Notes under the pieces: model-generated | The model's input: the letters and a program-made list of their open reading frames with translations, nothing else | Told to the model about the DNA's origin: nothing | Databases searched by the model: none | Position numbers and translations under genes: made by a program | Part shown: piece by piece, positions 1-13,169 of the stretch | How the letters are laid out: each line of letters opens with the position of its first letter | Numbering within the stretch: the stretch's first letter is position 1 | From: Lama guanicoe | Taxonomy: Eukaryota | Assembly (NCBI GenBank): GCA_013239625.1 | Contig: MU054049.1 | Coordinates: 1,987,892-2,051,891 of the forward strand | Length of the DNA: 64,000 bases | Direction: 5' to 3'

Positions 1-291
1 CATTCATTTTGTTACTTTTTAATTGGTAGTAATGCTTGGCACGGGGGCTACACAGAGAAGCCATCAAAAATGCATGCTGAACTGAATTCTCTAAGGTGGT
101 ACAAAAGTTTCCAGACTCTTCTAACATCTGCTTTATTTTCCCTTTGGAATCAAAGGCACCCACATTTCAGGCAGACCATGCAAGGCATGGGGTGAAACTT
201 TTTGGTTGGGAGAAGCCAATCTCCTGGCCATGCTTTAAACCAGCCCTGTGCTAAGCGTTCAAACAAGGGAAAAGACAAGCACACGTCACAC

Positions 292-432
292 CTCTCGCAA
301 GTTATCTTTAATTTGCTGTTCAGCCCGGAGAACTCCACCAATAGCAAGCTCCAAGTCCCTCCGTGCATCACAACACCTCAAAAGGGGTTCTCTATTACTG
401 GAGCAGCCACTCTCGTCCTGTGAGGTACTCAT
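292..432 (-). CDS. NCOA4: NCOA4 (nuclear receptor coactivator 4 / ARA70, ferritinophagy receptor), coding part of exon 2; exon is 292-446 and the gene continues beyond the left edge
   Basis: Translates MSTSQDESGCSSNREPLLRCCDARRDLELAIGGVLRAEQQIKDNLRE (141 nt, 47 codons), nearly identical to the recalled NCOA4 N-terminus. Acceptor is poly-T...taaag|G at 447/446; donor is GAG|gtgtga at 292/291. Position downstream of MSMB matches known synteny. Confidence 0.97.
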
Positions 433-1259
433 TCTGCTCACCATTCCTTTAAAAGAAAAAAAAAAAAAGGAACAATCCAAATTGCACCATAATTACAACC
501 AAAAGCCACCTTACAATCATCCCCCAAATGATCATTCCAACCAGCTCCCTGTTACTACTTAATTACTTCCAACAGAGCATAACACTCTTTATAAATACTG
601 CCTCCTCTTCCTCCCCTCAACCTGCACCACCACTACTGTGTAGTTCCTACCCCCCAGATTCTATGCATCTACTGTACACTTTACGTATGAACAGATTTTC
701 TGAAAAAATACACTGATTTTCCCAAATTAAGAGGGCATACAACCTCCCAAAAGTTTAAAGAACACTAGAGTGTAAGTTTCCATTTACATAAATAAAGTCA
801 CAGGGGGCATGTGTTCTTACAGATTTAGAGGTAAAGACTAAAAGGTCTAGAAAGACCCATGATTATTTTAAAAAGAAGCTGCAAAAAAAATTACCTGATA
901 AACAGAGTTTACAACAGTTTGGATCTGACATATACCTAAAATTATTGGGAGGTTTAAATTTTTAACTTATCCTTTTTTTTTTTTTTAGGAAGAACTTAGG
1001 GATGGCTTCATAGCTAAAGAATGTAACTCTAAAAAACAATTTCATAGGATTCTGACATAAGGGAGGTACTTAGAGAAATCTGTGTGGGAAACTAGAGAAT
1101 TTTCCAACAGGTTTAGCTTTATGGGAGAGAAGAAAGAGAAGGGGAAAGAATACCACAGAACCCAAGATATAATGACATGAGACTGGGACAGAAGACTGTC
1201 AGAAAAGCAGCAAAGCAAAGCTTGACTAACACTGCTGGGACAACAGTCGGGACAATGAG

Positions 1260-1500
1260 TCCATCCGGATAGATCCAGAATCAGAGGTGGTTTCTAAATA
1301 CATAAGAAAGCAGTGGCCACTGTTGCCCAGCATGTTCACTAAGCCCTGTGACACCAAAATTATTTCCTTCTTGGATAGTTTTACTAAACCAGCCAGTCAA
1401 TGTAATCCTATACACACGATCTATCTGGACGACAGTAAGACTTGTGACAAGGTTGGATACTATCTTTGTGGACAAAGTCAACATGAGTGAAACAGAAGGA
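1260..1500 (+). mobile_element. Ancient L3/CR1 LINE reverse-transcriptase remnant
   Basis: Translation MFTKPCDTKIISFLDSFTK...TIYLDDSKTCDKV resembles the CR1/L3 RT motif (GFTK.SC.TNLISFFD.VT...IYLDFSKAFDKV). Confidence 0.7.
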
Positions 1501-1994
1501 CAACTAAGTTGAATCATAAGATTATTTTTTACAAAGTACTCAAAGGATAACGGAGTGAAGCCACGCTGTCAAGTTTTTAGAGATATGCCCATTTCCCCAG
1601 TTACTCAACTGTTTACCCTAACTGCTTGGATGAAAACACAGAAGGCAGATATTAGAGTTAAAGATAACATGAGGCTATAACAGAAATAGATTTCAAAACA
1701 ATCTACATTGCTGTTGAATCTTACAAAATAAAACGGAGATTTTTTTAAGTTGAACAGGGGAGGACAAAATGGAAGAGAATAAATGTTTTTAAAAGGATGG
1801 AGACTTTTAATTGAAAGCAAGCTCTATGAGTCAGCAGTGTGCTGGATCTCAGGGGGAAATGACTTACACACTATTTGACTACCTTTACCAAAAGTATAAC
1901 GTTTGCCACAGGACTAACCCATTCCATGTTTATTAGGCTAATTTTGAAATTCCTTTCTGAATAACAAACTTTAGAAAGAGGCATTTAGAAAGAA

Positions 1995-2200
1995 AAGAAA
2001 GAGGCCTCGAAACCATGAAAAATTTCTCTAGGAAGGGAGGCTGTTTAGTCTAGATAAGTCTCTGAGAGGACAAGATTACCATTCTGAATATTTACAGACC
2101 CTGTAAAACAGAATTAGACTTGTTCAGAATAACCCAAAGCGGGTAGAGGAGGATTAATAAGAGACATTGGAGGCAACATCTGAAAAACCTTCCTAACAGT
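1995..2200 (+). mobile_element. L3/CR1 3'-region remnant
   Basis: Similar to the recalled L3 3' consensus (gaaaccatg...tgtttagtctagataag...aatatttac...attagacttgttc). Confidence 0.5.
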
Positions 2201-5200
2201 CCTGAAGGCAATGACCTTCTCAGAGAAGCAAGCCAGCTTTCAGCTGACAGAAGTCTACCCAGCATAGAGCCATCCCGGTGGCTAAGTGCTCGTCTGAGAC
2301 ACAGGGAACGCTGCCCTACACTGCATCTGCAAGCCCGTTTAGGGCCAGGTGGCTGGCTACCCAGAAGCTCAGAAGGGCCAAATGTAGTGTGATTCCCAAC
2401 CCTCAGAAATAGAAAATGGGGGGAAGAAGCCCAATAGGCTTCCTTTTGACCATCTCAGTAAAAGAGTCACATTCAGGAACGAGAGTTCCTAAAAAAAAAA
2501 ACTGAAAGATCATGAAACTTTCTAACTTCCCCTTGTTACTTTGTTACCACAGTCTGTTTTCCCATAATGATCTCTAAAAAGGAAGGGCTTCATTAACTGG
2601 ATTTGACAGGAATCCCCTTGGGAGATTTTTTCCAACTCTTGAAACACCAGCTGTAGCTACTTTGATACTTTTTTTTTTTACACCGTAAGTGGCCCTGTTT
2701 TAAGCACATCTGTTAGTGTACACTTGGTGCACACTGTAGGAACTATGAAAAATACCTGCATAATGTGAGAAAAATGCTGGCTCATATTCGGAGAGTGGAG
2801 GGTCACCTCATTACCACAAGTAGCTTCACTCTGCACTTAAGTTAGTTATATGCAAAGCACGTTTAGCTGTCTTTCAAATGTATTAGCAACTTTCACCTGC
2901 GCCAAATTTCTCATTCTTAGGTCCTCACCATTTATATGGAATGCCACAATGCCTGGCAAAGTGTAAAATCTAATCAATAAAGTTAAATTGAAACATTGCT
3001 TCACAATGTCAAAAAACCCAGAGCTCTAGATCATGTGGGAGACAAACTTAAATGTATACAGTGCTGACTTACAAAGTAAGTCTTCTCAAGTCAATCACAA
3101 GGACTATTCAACTGCCTGTAAGAACAGAATACAGCAAAAGTACACAAATTGGATTTTGCCTTTATCAGCTATGGACAGAAGGTAGGATGAGAATTAAAAG
3201 TTACAAAACTGATTTTTTCCCACATATTTATCCCAGGTTTTCAAATTTAAATGACTGTTATCCTTTCAGTAATCTTGTTAGAATTAGAGTCTCTGGAGCC
3301 CATTCTTCAACCACTAAAAAACCTGTTTCATTTCTTTATGGCCAGTCTCAGGATGCTTATCCCTTCACTGCCCTTGGCTCGGCCCCTTTTCGCCCCTGGG
3401 GAGCAGTCAAGGGGCAGTCAGCTTCCACAGCCTAGATCCCAAGAAAGGAGATGTGCAAAGGCCCGCCTTCTTGTACTGCAGTGAGGAGGAAGCCCTCAGA
3501 GCTGTAATAAAGAACTCCATCACATGGGTGAATTCAAATCACCGTAAGGTGAAGCCTGGCTAGCTTTATGAAATGTCACCTTCAAAGAGATTAGTATGAG
3601 TTACCTAGCTCACATGGTCAATTTCAACAATTCACCATTTGTTTCAGGTCCAAGAGCCAGTGTAGGGTGATAGTTAAGAGACAGAGTAATGACAAACCAC
3701 AACTCTAGCTCCATCTGCAACCTTGAGACCCATGAGCTAGCTACTTAACTTCTCAAGGCCTCAATTTCTTCTGGAAAAATGGAGACAACGACAGTGGCTA
3801 CAGAGCGATGCAATGAAGTTAAAGTGAAACAAATCTGCCTGTAAGCACTTAACCCAGCCCCTGCACACTGCACTTTCTAACATTTTGGTTGTTACTGTTA
3901 CTAGGTTTAGCTGAGTTATGGGGACCTTAGGAACCTCTACCTTTGGACTACAGAAAGCAACACTGAAGCTAGAAAAGCTTTGAAGTGAGGAGGCCCTGAC
4001 TTAGAATCATTTAGCCATTAATCAATGCTATGACGTTGGACCATTTGCCCTTTGGAATCTAATGTCCTAATTTTAAGTGAAGATAACAATACCTACCTCA
4101 TAGACTTAGGGGTAAGATGTAGTGTTTGTTTAATAAATATTAGCTCCCATCTACTCTTTCACTATACAACACAGCAAAAAGGCAAGTTGTTTTTACGGCA
4201 AAAACTCAATAGTTTAAATCCTCTAATATATCCCAAGTATGAATACTTTTGCCTGTTTTCTTACCTGTAAGAAGATTGGACCAAATCAGATCTAATTCTA
4301 AAACTCAAATCAATGAAAGACTACTAAAAATGTATTTTTCTCTTCACCTTTATAGTCTAAACTACTGCCCTATCACCTTCAAAAGAGGAGTGTCTTAAAT
4401 GTGTAATTTCTGAGACAAAGTTAAAAGTTTAAGTGCTTTCTAAAACTTAAGGACTCTTGGATTCTTGGATTCCTGTTCTAGGTTTAGGGGGAAGGAAGAA
4501 ATGGAGAAGAAAACCAAATGTCCCTCAAACAAATAAATAAAGCTCCAGGTTTTCCTCAAAGAAGAGTTCCACAAACTATATATGCCATACTTGCACAATG
4601 CCTTGCACAAATCTAGTTATGAAATCCTAAGATCATGAAACCAGAATTGAGCAACTAAACCACAAACGAAGCTAAGTCTTTATCATACGGTTTAACCATA
4701 AAATTCCCAAAGAGCTATAATCTTCTTGTGACCAAAATAAACCACAATTTAAAGCTGAAAAACACTTATCCATCTCTTTAGTAGATGACTCTTACTTTAT
4801 AGATGAAGCCACAAAGGCCCAGATAATTTAAATGACTCACCTAAAGGGCCAAAGCCGAAACACATAGACTTGGGTTTATAACTAAGGTTTAGTCCTGGAT
4901 TCTCTCCCCCTGACCAATTTGTTCTTCCTTTAGTGTATTACCACCCATAAACTATTTTTATTTGCCAACACTGGAGACTAAAGTGAACATTCCAATGGAT
5001 TACTATCGGAACACCCTCCATCAAGAATCTCAGTCCATTCTCATAGTCTTCAATAAAATATAACAATTTTTCAGAACCTTCTTCCTTGGTTAATACTAAC
5101 AAAAATAGTACCCTTGCAGGTCATGGTAAGCTGAGAATAATCAAAACATTTCCAAGTATGAAGGTCAGGAGCAAGAGCCCTGAGTTCTGATCTCACATCT

Positions 5201-6187
5201 TACAATCACTCCGTGTGCCATTCCTCTGGTCTGTCTGAAAGAAGACTTAGACCATGTGTGGTTTCCAACTGCACCTTCCAGGTCTCACTGTTTGTCCCCT
5301 TTCCCACCTGGCCCTCCTCTCCAAAAAAGATGTTCACTTTTTACTGTTTTCTGAGCATCTGAATCATTGCTAGAAGACCAAGCCCTTAAAAAAAATTCAC
5401 AGGATACGTATTATGCTCTATGGATTACTAAATTCGAAATACTAATTGTCAATTTGGTTATCTTGGATGAGACAATATATATTAAAACAATTGTACAAAG
5501 TTTCAGGAAAAAAATTATAAACTATAAAACAGTAATAGTCCGCATTCAACTTTACCTTGAGACATTTCTTTACTGGACACGTTCTTTCTTCTGTCAGTTT
5601 TAAAAAATAAGTTTTTTTAATAATCATAATTCTTTAACTCAAAAGTTATATACACATATTTTATCCTAGCCCTTTAATTCTTTAACAAACAGCTTCTAAA
5701 ATTCAGGATCTGATTCTCCATAATTTTTTAAAAACCACGTTAAATAAAGGTTAATGCCTGAACAGACATAAACAAAATAAGGTAATAATAAATTCACGAT
5801 TGCCATTTTTAAGATCGTTTAACTCTTCAGACCTTACTGCGCTCAGATTTATCTACCTTAATACATGTAACTATGAGCACTCAATCCCAGCGTAACTTTG
5901 CGAAGCAATAAATGAAAACTGACCACAAAACTGGCCATTACCACCTAATGCCAAGTAAGGCGTTTCTAGTTCAAAACCAACAGTGACTCATGCCACTTTC
6001 CAGGTTCCCCAACACTCGAAGAGCACACTCGCCCGAAGCAGCCTGGGTCGCGTCCCCAAAGGAAGCCGCAGCCGCGCGTTCTCTCTCGGTTTCAGAGCTG
6101 GCACCGCAACCGCCCAGCACGCATGCGCACAGCCCCAGCCTCAGGGCCCACTCCCGGCCCGGCAAGGGCCTGAGCTGCCGGACGTAC

Positions 6188-6230
6188 CTCGCAGGCCAGG
6201 TCCCCGCCGCGCGAGCTGCCGGGCAAGCAG
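6188..6230 (-). other. NCOA4: Candidate non-coding NCOA4 first exon (1b); 5' end approximate
   Basis: Donor GCGAG|gtacgt at 6188/6187 inside the CpG island, immediately downstream of the GC boxes on the minus strand. Confidence 0.6.
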
Positions 6231-6428
6231 GAGGCCGCTTTATCCGGCACCGGGGTGAGGAAGGACCCCAAGCCGGCAGGCCGCGCCCCGCCCCGCCCGC
6301 GCGTCTGGCCTGGGGCGGGCGGGAGTGCGCACGTCGGCGCCGGGGTGGGGCGGGAGGCCCCGCCCACTCGGGCGGCCCACTTGGCCCTCCCCGCAGTCCC
6401 AGGACCCCAGCGTCCCGTAAGGCTCCGG

Positions 6429-6481
6429 CTTGGCTCCACCTTGGCTCCACCTTGGCTCCACCTTGGCTCCACCTTGGCTCC
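6429..6481. repeat. 11-bp minisatellite (cttggctccac) x4.8
   Basis: Four perfect units plus 9 bp, directly visible. Confidence 0.95.
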
Positions 6482-7009
6482 TGCGCCTGTCGGGCTCCCG
6501 ACCGCTGCGGGCGAAGCCAGCTTGCAGAGCCCCGACAGTCCCCTCCAGCAGCCTCTCCTCAGCCCACCTGCTCCAGTGCTTACCCTGTGTCCACCCTGAT
6601 CCGCGCCCCAAATCGTCAAGACCTCAAGGATTTAAGGATTTTGCTGCTAATCACTACAGAGAAATAACAAACGTGGTATCAGTCAGGTTTCCGGAGTTAT
6701 TATTGGAATGTTCCCGACCAGTAGCTCATGACTCCCTCTGAGATTACTACTGTCAGCCTAGCGGGGGTTCAGCCCTCGGCTTTTGTTTCAGGCTCCGACA
6801 TGTCCTTACATATGTGACACACCTCTACCTGTACCCCCGTGTCTCTGTCTCCCTCTCAAACACACTCCCATATGGCCTCAGTCCAATGCTGCTTTTAACA
6901 CTCGCGGATGCCTCTCATTCAACAAGTTGCGCACTAACCAGACGCCGAGCTCTATTGTGGATGCTGGGAATACAGTCGTGAAAGACCTACCTGGAGAGGC
7001 AGTAATACA

Positions 7010-7215
7010 TAATAGTTAAGAGGATGGACTCTGGATCTAGACCGCTTTGGTACAAAACCTGGCTCTGCCATATAGATGCTGTGTAACCTTTGGCAAGTCA
7101 CTTAACCAATCTGTGCCTCAGTTTCCCCATCTGTAAAATGAGGACAATAATGAGAATCATATGAATTAATATATTAAAAACCTTTAGGGCTCATCCTGGC
7201 ACTCAGTAAGTACTT
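7010..7215 (+). mobile_element. MIR SINE
   Basis: MIR core ggcaagtcacttaacc...tctgtgcctcagtttccccatctgtaaaatgagga. Confidence 0.85.
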
Positions 7216-8084
7216 CCTGTCTGCTGATTATCATGCTCATGGTTCTACTAGTTGGATGCCTTTTTCTCCAAAAATAATCCTGATAGCCACTTATCCAATC
7301 AGGCCAGAAGACAGAATCTAGACAGCAGTGTCATTCCTTTTAAATCGATTGTTTTAATGTACAATACTTGCTCTTGTCTATGCATATGAAGCTATTTTCA
7401 TAAACAATAAAAGTAAAGCAAAACCACATGAAAAAAAGCAAAGGCCACTAGACACTAAAGACCACACCTTCAACTAAGCATCCCTCAGATTTCAGATGAA
7501 CAGTTTATGGAAGCACTGACTTTATCTGTGATGTGCACAGTTTCTGGACTCCCATTTCAGACATTCACTACCAAAAATAATGAGAGAACAATTTCTCTCC
7601 TAATTCGAAGTATCTTCATTGGAGAGCATTTTGTGAAGATACAAAAAAAGCTAGACATACTTCTGAATGATGAAAGTTAAAATTTGATAGCCCTTTGTAC
7701 TTTAAGTCAGTGGCGAGGAAGAAGGAATTCTCAGTCCATAAAAATACGGCTAATGTCAAGAACTTTCATCTCTCCTTTTTTTTTATTTCATCTCTCTTTT
7801 ATATGCCCCTACAAAATAGTCACAATGTAAATGCAGCAGGAACTTTGTTGACCATCACCTATATGACCAGTGGTCTCTATGTTCTCTTTAAAGGATTCTG
7901 ACCAATGCCTCAGCACACTAAATGCTCCAGCTCTCCTTCACTAGAACTGACTTATGATTACTGAGAGTCAGTGTTATTCTGTCAATTTATGACAGCTTTA
8001 GTTGTTACTATAATGATGCGATGTATTAAATAGTATATAAACATAAAAAGACTGGGGAGGAAAAAAAATCATAAAAATCTAGAA

Positions 8085-8220
8085 GAGGGGGAGTATCTAG
8101 CTCAGTGGTAGAGTGTATGCCTAGCATGCACAAGGTCCTGGGTTCAATCCCCAGTACCTCCACTAAATAAATAAATTTAATTACCTCCCTCCCCCACGAA
8201 AAAAAACAACAAATAGAAAA
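8085..8220 (+). mobile_element. Camelid tRNA-Ala-derived SINE (vic-1 type)
   Basis: tRNA-like head with A and B boxes (agctcagtgg; ggttcaatcc), tail aaataaa...taattacctccc, A-rich end, flanked by TSD aaaaatctagaa. Confidence 0.92.
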
Positions 8221-10373
8221 AAAATCTAGAATTCTGCATTCAGACTTTGAGGCACCTCTTTACTCCCTTAAGCTTTGTTATTTGCCCTTGCATCTTTATG
8301 AAATGTTCAGCTTCTAAAGGGGCAAAAGTCATAAGGCATTTTACCTCTCTTCTGCTTCAAGATTTCTATGCTGTCTCAAAACTAGAGAACCATCCACTTC
8401 CTAGTAGATTAGTAATCATCTCATCTAAAAAGAGCATAAACTCTCACTCTCCAGTGGCTCCCCACCTACCTTTAGGATAGTCCAAATTTCTTATAAAGGC
8501 AATAAAGTTCTCTGTTTTCTGGCTTCACCCTGACCCTGCTTCTATCTCCCCCATACCATGAGCTTCTGGACAGCTGTCACATAGTCCAGGTTGGTTTGCC
8601 TTGTCCAGCCTGGCTCTCCCAGCTCCCTGTGCCTGCAATGCCGGTTCCTTCCTTTCTCCTTACCTGTCTGCTTTTCTGACTATGCCTAAGTCACCACCAT
8701 TATTAAGCCTTTCCTGACCAACCATCCCACTTTTTAGTAGTTTTGGCCAAGAGTTAGGTGCCGCCTCCTCTGGGTCCACTGTAATCTGTAAGTTTCCAGC
8801 ATGACAGCTATAACACACGTTATCCTTCGTGTTACATGTCTGCCTCCTTAGCCCAAGAGGTCCTTGAGAGAAGGGACCATGTATTATTTGGCTTAGTGCT
8901 GAACGGACAGCCTGGTATCAGTATCTTGGCTTTACCCCCTTTACATTCTATTTGTTCTGTGGAATTGGCATAAAGAGAACAGTGTCCCTAGAGTTGTGCA
9001 ATGTTGTAGCTTTCAACTCAGCAGGGGCTAACTACCTGTTTAATAAACGGATGGGTGAAAAAATGATAAACGAACACTCAAGTTCAGACCAGCCACAACG
9101 CGTATGGTATAGTTCTGCTTCAAACATAGGTAATCAACTTGATGTCCTACCAAGTCCTGCATTAATTCAGGGAGGTTTTTCAGTGCTGAAAATGTTTCTA
9201 GCGTAACTGTTACTTTCAGTTTTCTTTCAAACAAGGCAAAACTAGCAAAGGATTTGCTACTGAAACCATGATTCCAAGAATGGCACTGAGACAGGCACAA
9301 GGTCCAGATGCCAGACCCAACAAAGTTCAGCCACACAGATTCACAAGCACCAGCTGATTTGTGAGTTAAAGGGGAAACATTAACTGTATTTATCGCCAAC
9401 TGTGGGCAGGGGGAGGGTAGGTTCCCCAAATTTTGCAGTACCACAGAAATTTCAGCTGACATAACAGAAGTTTGGCAGGCTTTCAGACTAGGGCTGCACC
9501 CTATCTTCAAATTGAAACTTCTTGCCATAATACAGCCAAGGTTAGGAAAATATGTTATTTATCATAACAATAAAAATACTATTTTATCCCTGATTTTATG
9601 TGGTAAACATCTTGTGGTTTTCCCCACATAAGTAAACAAGTAATAAAATATTTCCCCTTCTTTAAAGCCTGGGGGACTAGCAATAACACTAAACTAAAAC
9701 TCAAAATATACCTGAGATCACATTCTTATGAAGTCTGTAATTGTCCAAGTATTAAAAGACTTTACTTCTTGTCTATGACCAACTGACAAGCAAAACCTTT
9801 TAACCTATTTTGCCAGTTATTCATTCCTTCACTGAACCAAATCATCACATGTGTAGAGCGCTCAAGGCAATGCTAAATAAGAGGAATATTTAGCCCCAAA
9901 CATACTCCAAGTCTCAAAGAAGAACATCTTGATTCCACTGCATGACTGAGCCAAGCAAAACCAGAGATGATGTCTTGGGGTAAGAATGGCTAAGAGAGTT
10001 AAAACAAAAAATTCAGAAGTCAGAAGTATTAAAAAAAAAAAAAGCACCCTCAAAATAACTTTTTGTTCACTTGCCAGTGAATCTATCTAATTCAAAGAAT
10101 AAGGATGACATGCCAGGATCTGAGGTATTGTAGGCTAGGCAGGAAGTTTATAAATTATGACTGTAGTGTTATGGTTTAACGAGCAAAGAAGACAAGCTGA
10201 GAAGAACTCTATGGCAGCTCCTCTAACTGACAAACATAGAAACACTACTAGAGCAATTCGCCAGAGCAAAAGTGGCCAACTGGGGCCCCTATCAGCCTAG
10301 GCCACCTGCATTGTCCATGTCTTCTATGTGGCAACAATGTATTTAGACATATCTACATTGAAAACAAAGCCAA

Positions 10374-10593
10374 AGGGATAAATTTGGGAGTTTGAGATTT
10401 GCAAATGTTAACCACTATATGTAGATAAAAAATAAATTTCTTCTGCAGAATACAGGGAACTATATTCAATATCTTGTAATAATCTTAAGTGGAAAAGAAT
10501 ATGAAGATGAATATATGTATATATATGTGTGACTGGGACATTATTCTGTATATGAGAAACTGACACACTGTAACCGATTACACTTCAATTGAA
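10374..10593 (+). mobile_element. 5'-truncated L1 3' end
   Basis: Artiodactyl-type L1 3'UTR (gggataaatttgggagtttgagatttgc...cagggaactatattcaatatcttgtaata...cacttcaatt). Confidence 0.85.
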
Positions 10594-10617
10594 AGCAAGC
10601 AAGCAAGCAAGCAAGCA

Positions 10618-10650
<33 letters not shown>

Positions 10651-10651
10651 A
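10594..10651. repeat. Compound microsatellite (GCAA)n(GCCA)n at the L1 tail
   Basis: Directly visible. Confidence 0.9.
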
Positions 10652-11069
10652 AAAGTAGCAGGAAGAGTAATAAAATGGCCATGGAAATCTACAGTTCCTT
10701 CATGAAACTGAACTTTACCCCAATCATTATATACATATTGGTTGGTCCCTTATTATAGACCCTTTAGACTTGCAACCTAACTGGTATCTATACGGAGGCA
10801 CTGAATTCACTGATTCCAGTAAGACTCAGAAAGTGCTCTCTGATCTAGCAGCACATTCCACTGCATATCCTGCATAGTGACAAGTCTTCATTCTCTGAGG
10901 CTGGGTATATACTTTTTTGGAAAGAGGTCAAAGATCAATATATGCAAAGCACTTAGAATAGAAGAGCTATGTAGGTATTAGCTATTTTTATACTTTTGAT
11001 AAGAGAATGGGGTATGATAATAAAGGAGGGCTTTTTTTTATGTAGTTCATCAGTGAAATAAGTCACCCT

Positions 11070-11515
11070 CATCTCTCTCCAGGACTCCTGCAGAAACCTC
11101 ATTACTGCTGCCCACTCCTCCCCTCCTCTTTGCTCACTCAGTCCAGCCACAATGGCCTCTTTGCTGCTCCTCCCACATACTAAGGATGCCTCAGGGCCCT
11201 TGCATTTCCCTCCAGATATCCTGCCCACTCCTTTTCTTCCTTAGTGTCATCTTTCTCACTAGTCTACATAAAATAAGTCTTCCTTCCACGTGCTCCCCCT
11301 TCATATATTTTATTTTAAAATTATATCCATAGAATTATTACAATCTGACATGTAGAAACAATTTATTTTCTGACCTCACTTCAGAAAACACACTAGAAGG
11401 TATACAGGCAGAGACTTTCTCCTTTTGTTCATTGTAATACAGGCAGGGACTCTGCCTTTTTTATTCATTGTAATACAGTAGGTGTTCCAAGAAATATTTG
11501 TCGGAAGAATGAATT
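11070..11515 (+). mobile_element. L2 LINE 3' fragment
   Basis: L2-like text cttgctcactc...ggcctctttgctgctcctc...cctcagggcccttgcat, ending aaatatttgtcggaagaatgaat. Confidence 0.7.
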
Positions 11516-13169
11516 CAGTAAGTATTTAATGTATCTATGTACCTATGTGCCAAGCCTTTTCTTTTTAAACACATTATCTCATTTGGTCCTCACAAAACTT
11601 TAAGGCAGATACACATTATCATCACAATTTTAAACACAGAGACACTAAGGCTTGACAAGGTTACATATATTACCTACAGTCACAGGCTTCCAAGTAAAAG
11701 AACCAAGATTTAATCCCAGATCTGAGTCTAAAGCTCCAACCACATGTACGGATGTATGTATGTATAATGCATGTTGAAGGGATCCTTTAGGTATTAAGAG
11801 TTTATATATTCATTCAACAAATATTTATTGAGTGCCTAAGCTGACACATACTGTGATAGACCCTGAGGGTGCAATGGTAAAGTGGCAATTTAGAGGAAAT
11901 TCTGTGTCACTGAGTCACCAAAAACAAAGAAAATTATAAGACTTTGAAATAAGAGACTGAGATTTAGAAGCCCATCAGCAGCAAAAACGACTGGCTCTGA
12001 ATGCTTTCTAGTGTGCTAACACTTACTTAATGAGGGAAATTATCATAAAACCGGTTCCAAGAAGCCAGCGGGGGAGGGATATGTGTCAGAATAGCCTGTG
12101 CAGTTTTATGAAGTCCCTACACAGGCTTCTAAGACTGAGGCACAGCTAAACTGACTTAATCTTAATAAAATGGGGGTGGGGAGTCCCATGTAAGTCTAAA
12201 ATAAGATATCTCCTCCCTCTCTGAGAATCACATTTTCCTTTCCTTACATAGCTCACCATGCCTTTCCACTTCTGAAATACCTCTTTGCCCAAAAGTAGTA
12301 ATGTCATTGTAGAAGTTTATTTAGACACAAAATACAGTACAATAAAACTTTAGACCACTAGGATTTTTTCCCTAGGGACCCAAGGACAAAAGATCCACAG
12401 AAAAGGGGGAAGAAGTGAAATGCAAGAAATGTTACCATACTAGACTTTACATGCTATACCTCACTTAACAAATCCGCAAGCTAGCAAACCTTCAAAGAGC
12501 AAACCAAGTAACTTGCACCATTGTAGCATCTGGGTAAGTCTTCCTCAAAGGTTCTGAGGTTCTTTAAAGTTCAGAAATGTCACACCAGCACTCACGTGCA
12601 GAAATGAACCAACTATGACTACCTGCCCTTTCCTAACCCAGGTAGTAACTCAAAGTCCCTACAACCATCTTTCCATATTACCAAGTGGCTGATGGAAACA
12701 GTTATGCTATGGTGAACCTTACCCTGGTTAGAAAACACCACCAAACGGTATGCTGAAAGAGCTCTGCCTTTATGGTGAAAAGACTCTATAGACTAGCTCT
12801 CTGCCTTCACCATTCTTGATCGCGTCATCCCTATTATATCACGTGGCACCTAAGACAATATAAGTATTGTTCCTGCCACAAGAATTTAGTTCATGAAAAT
12901 AAGGGCTGTGTCCTTTTTTTTCTCATTGCTATACCCTCAACACCCTGAACACGTAGGCGCTGAAAAAACAATTGTTGGTGCAATGAATCTATGAAATTGC
13001 AAGCCTCGCTCTTCTCATCTGTAAAAAAAGAAATAATCAAGCTATCTTTCGAAATTGTTGGGAGAATTACTTGTACGATACGGTAAGTAACGCTGTGTTG
13101 GCAGGTAGAGCCCCCCCTCCCTAATTATCTTCTTCGCGTTTCCATCCAACAGGCTAGGAATGCATATAC

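Larger units (their letters stand above)
5990..6620 (-). promoter_or_regulatory. NCOA4: CpG island; proximal alternative NCOA4 promoter
   Basis: Very GC- and CpG-rich, with several GC boxes (GGGGCGGG), an NRF1-like ACGCATGCGCA at 6119-6129 and GATAAA at 6239-6244 (minus). Confidence 0.85.

Noticed and set aside
6429..6481. CRISPR-like array
   Set aside because: Head-to-tail repeats without spacers in a mammalian genome; it is a minisatellite.
5971..6741. Long overlapping ORFs (up to 225 aa) with repeated PPWLHLGSTLA
   Set aside because: A by-product of stop-poor CpG-island DNA and the 11-bp repeat; no recognisable protein.
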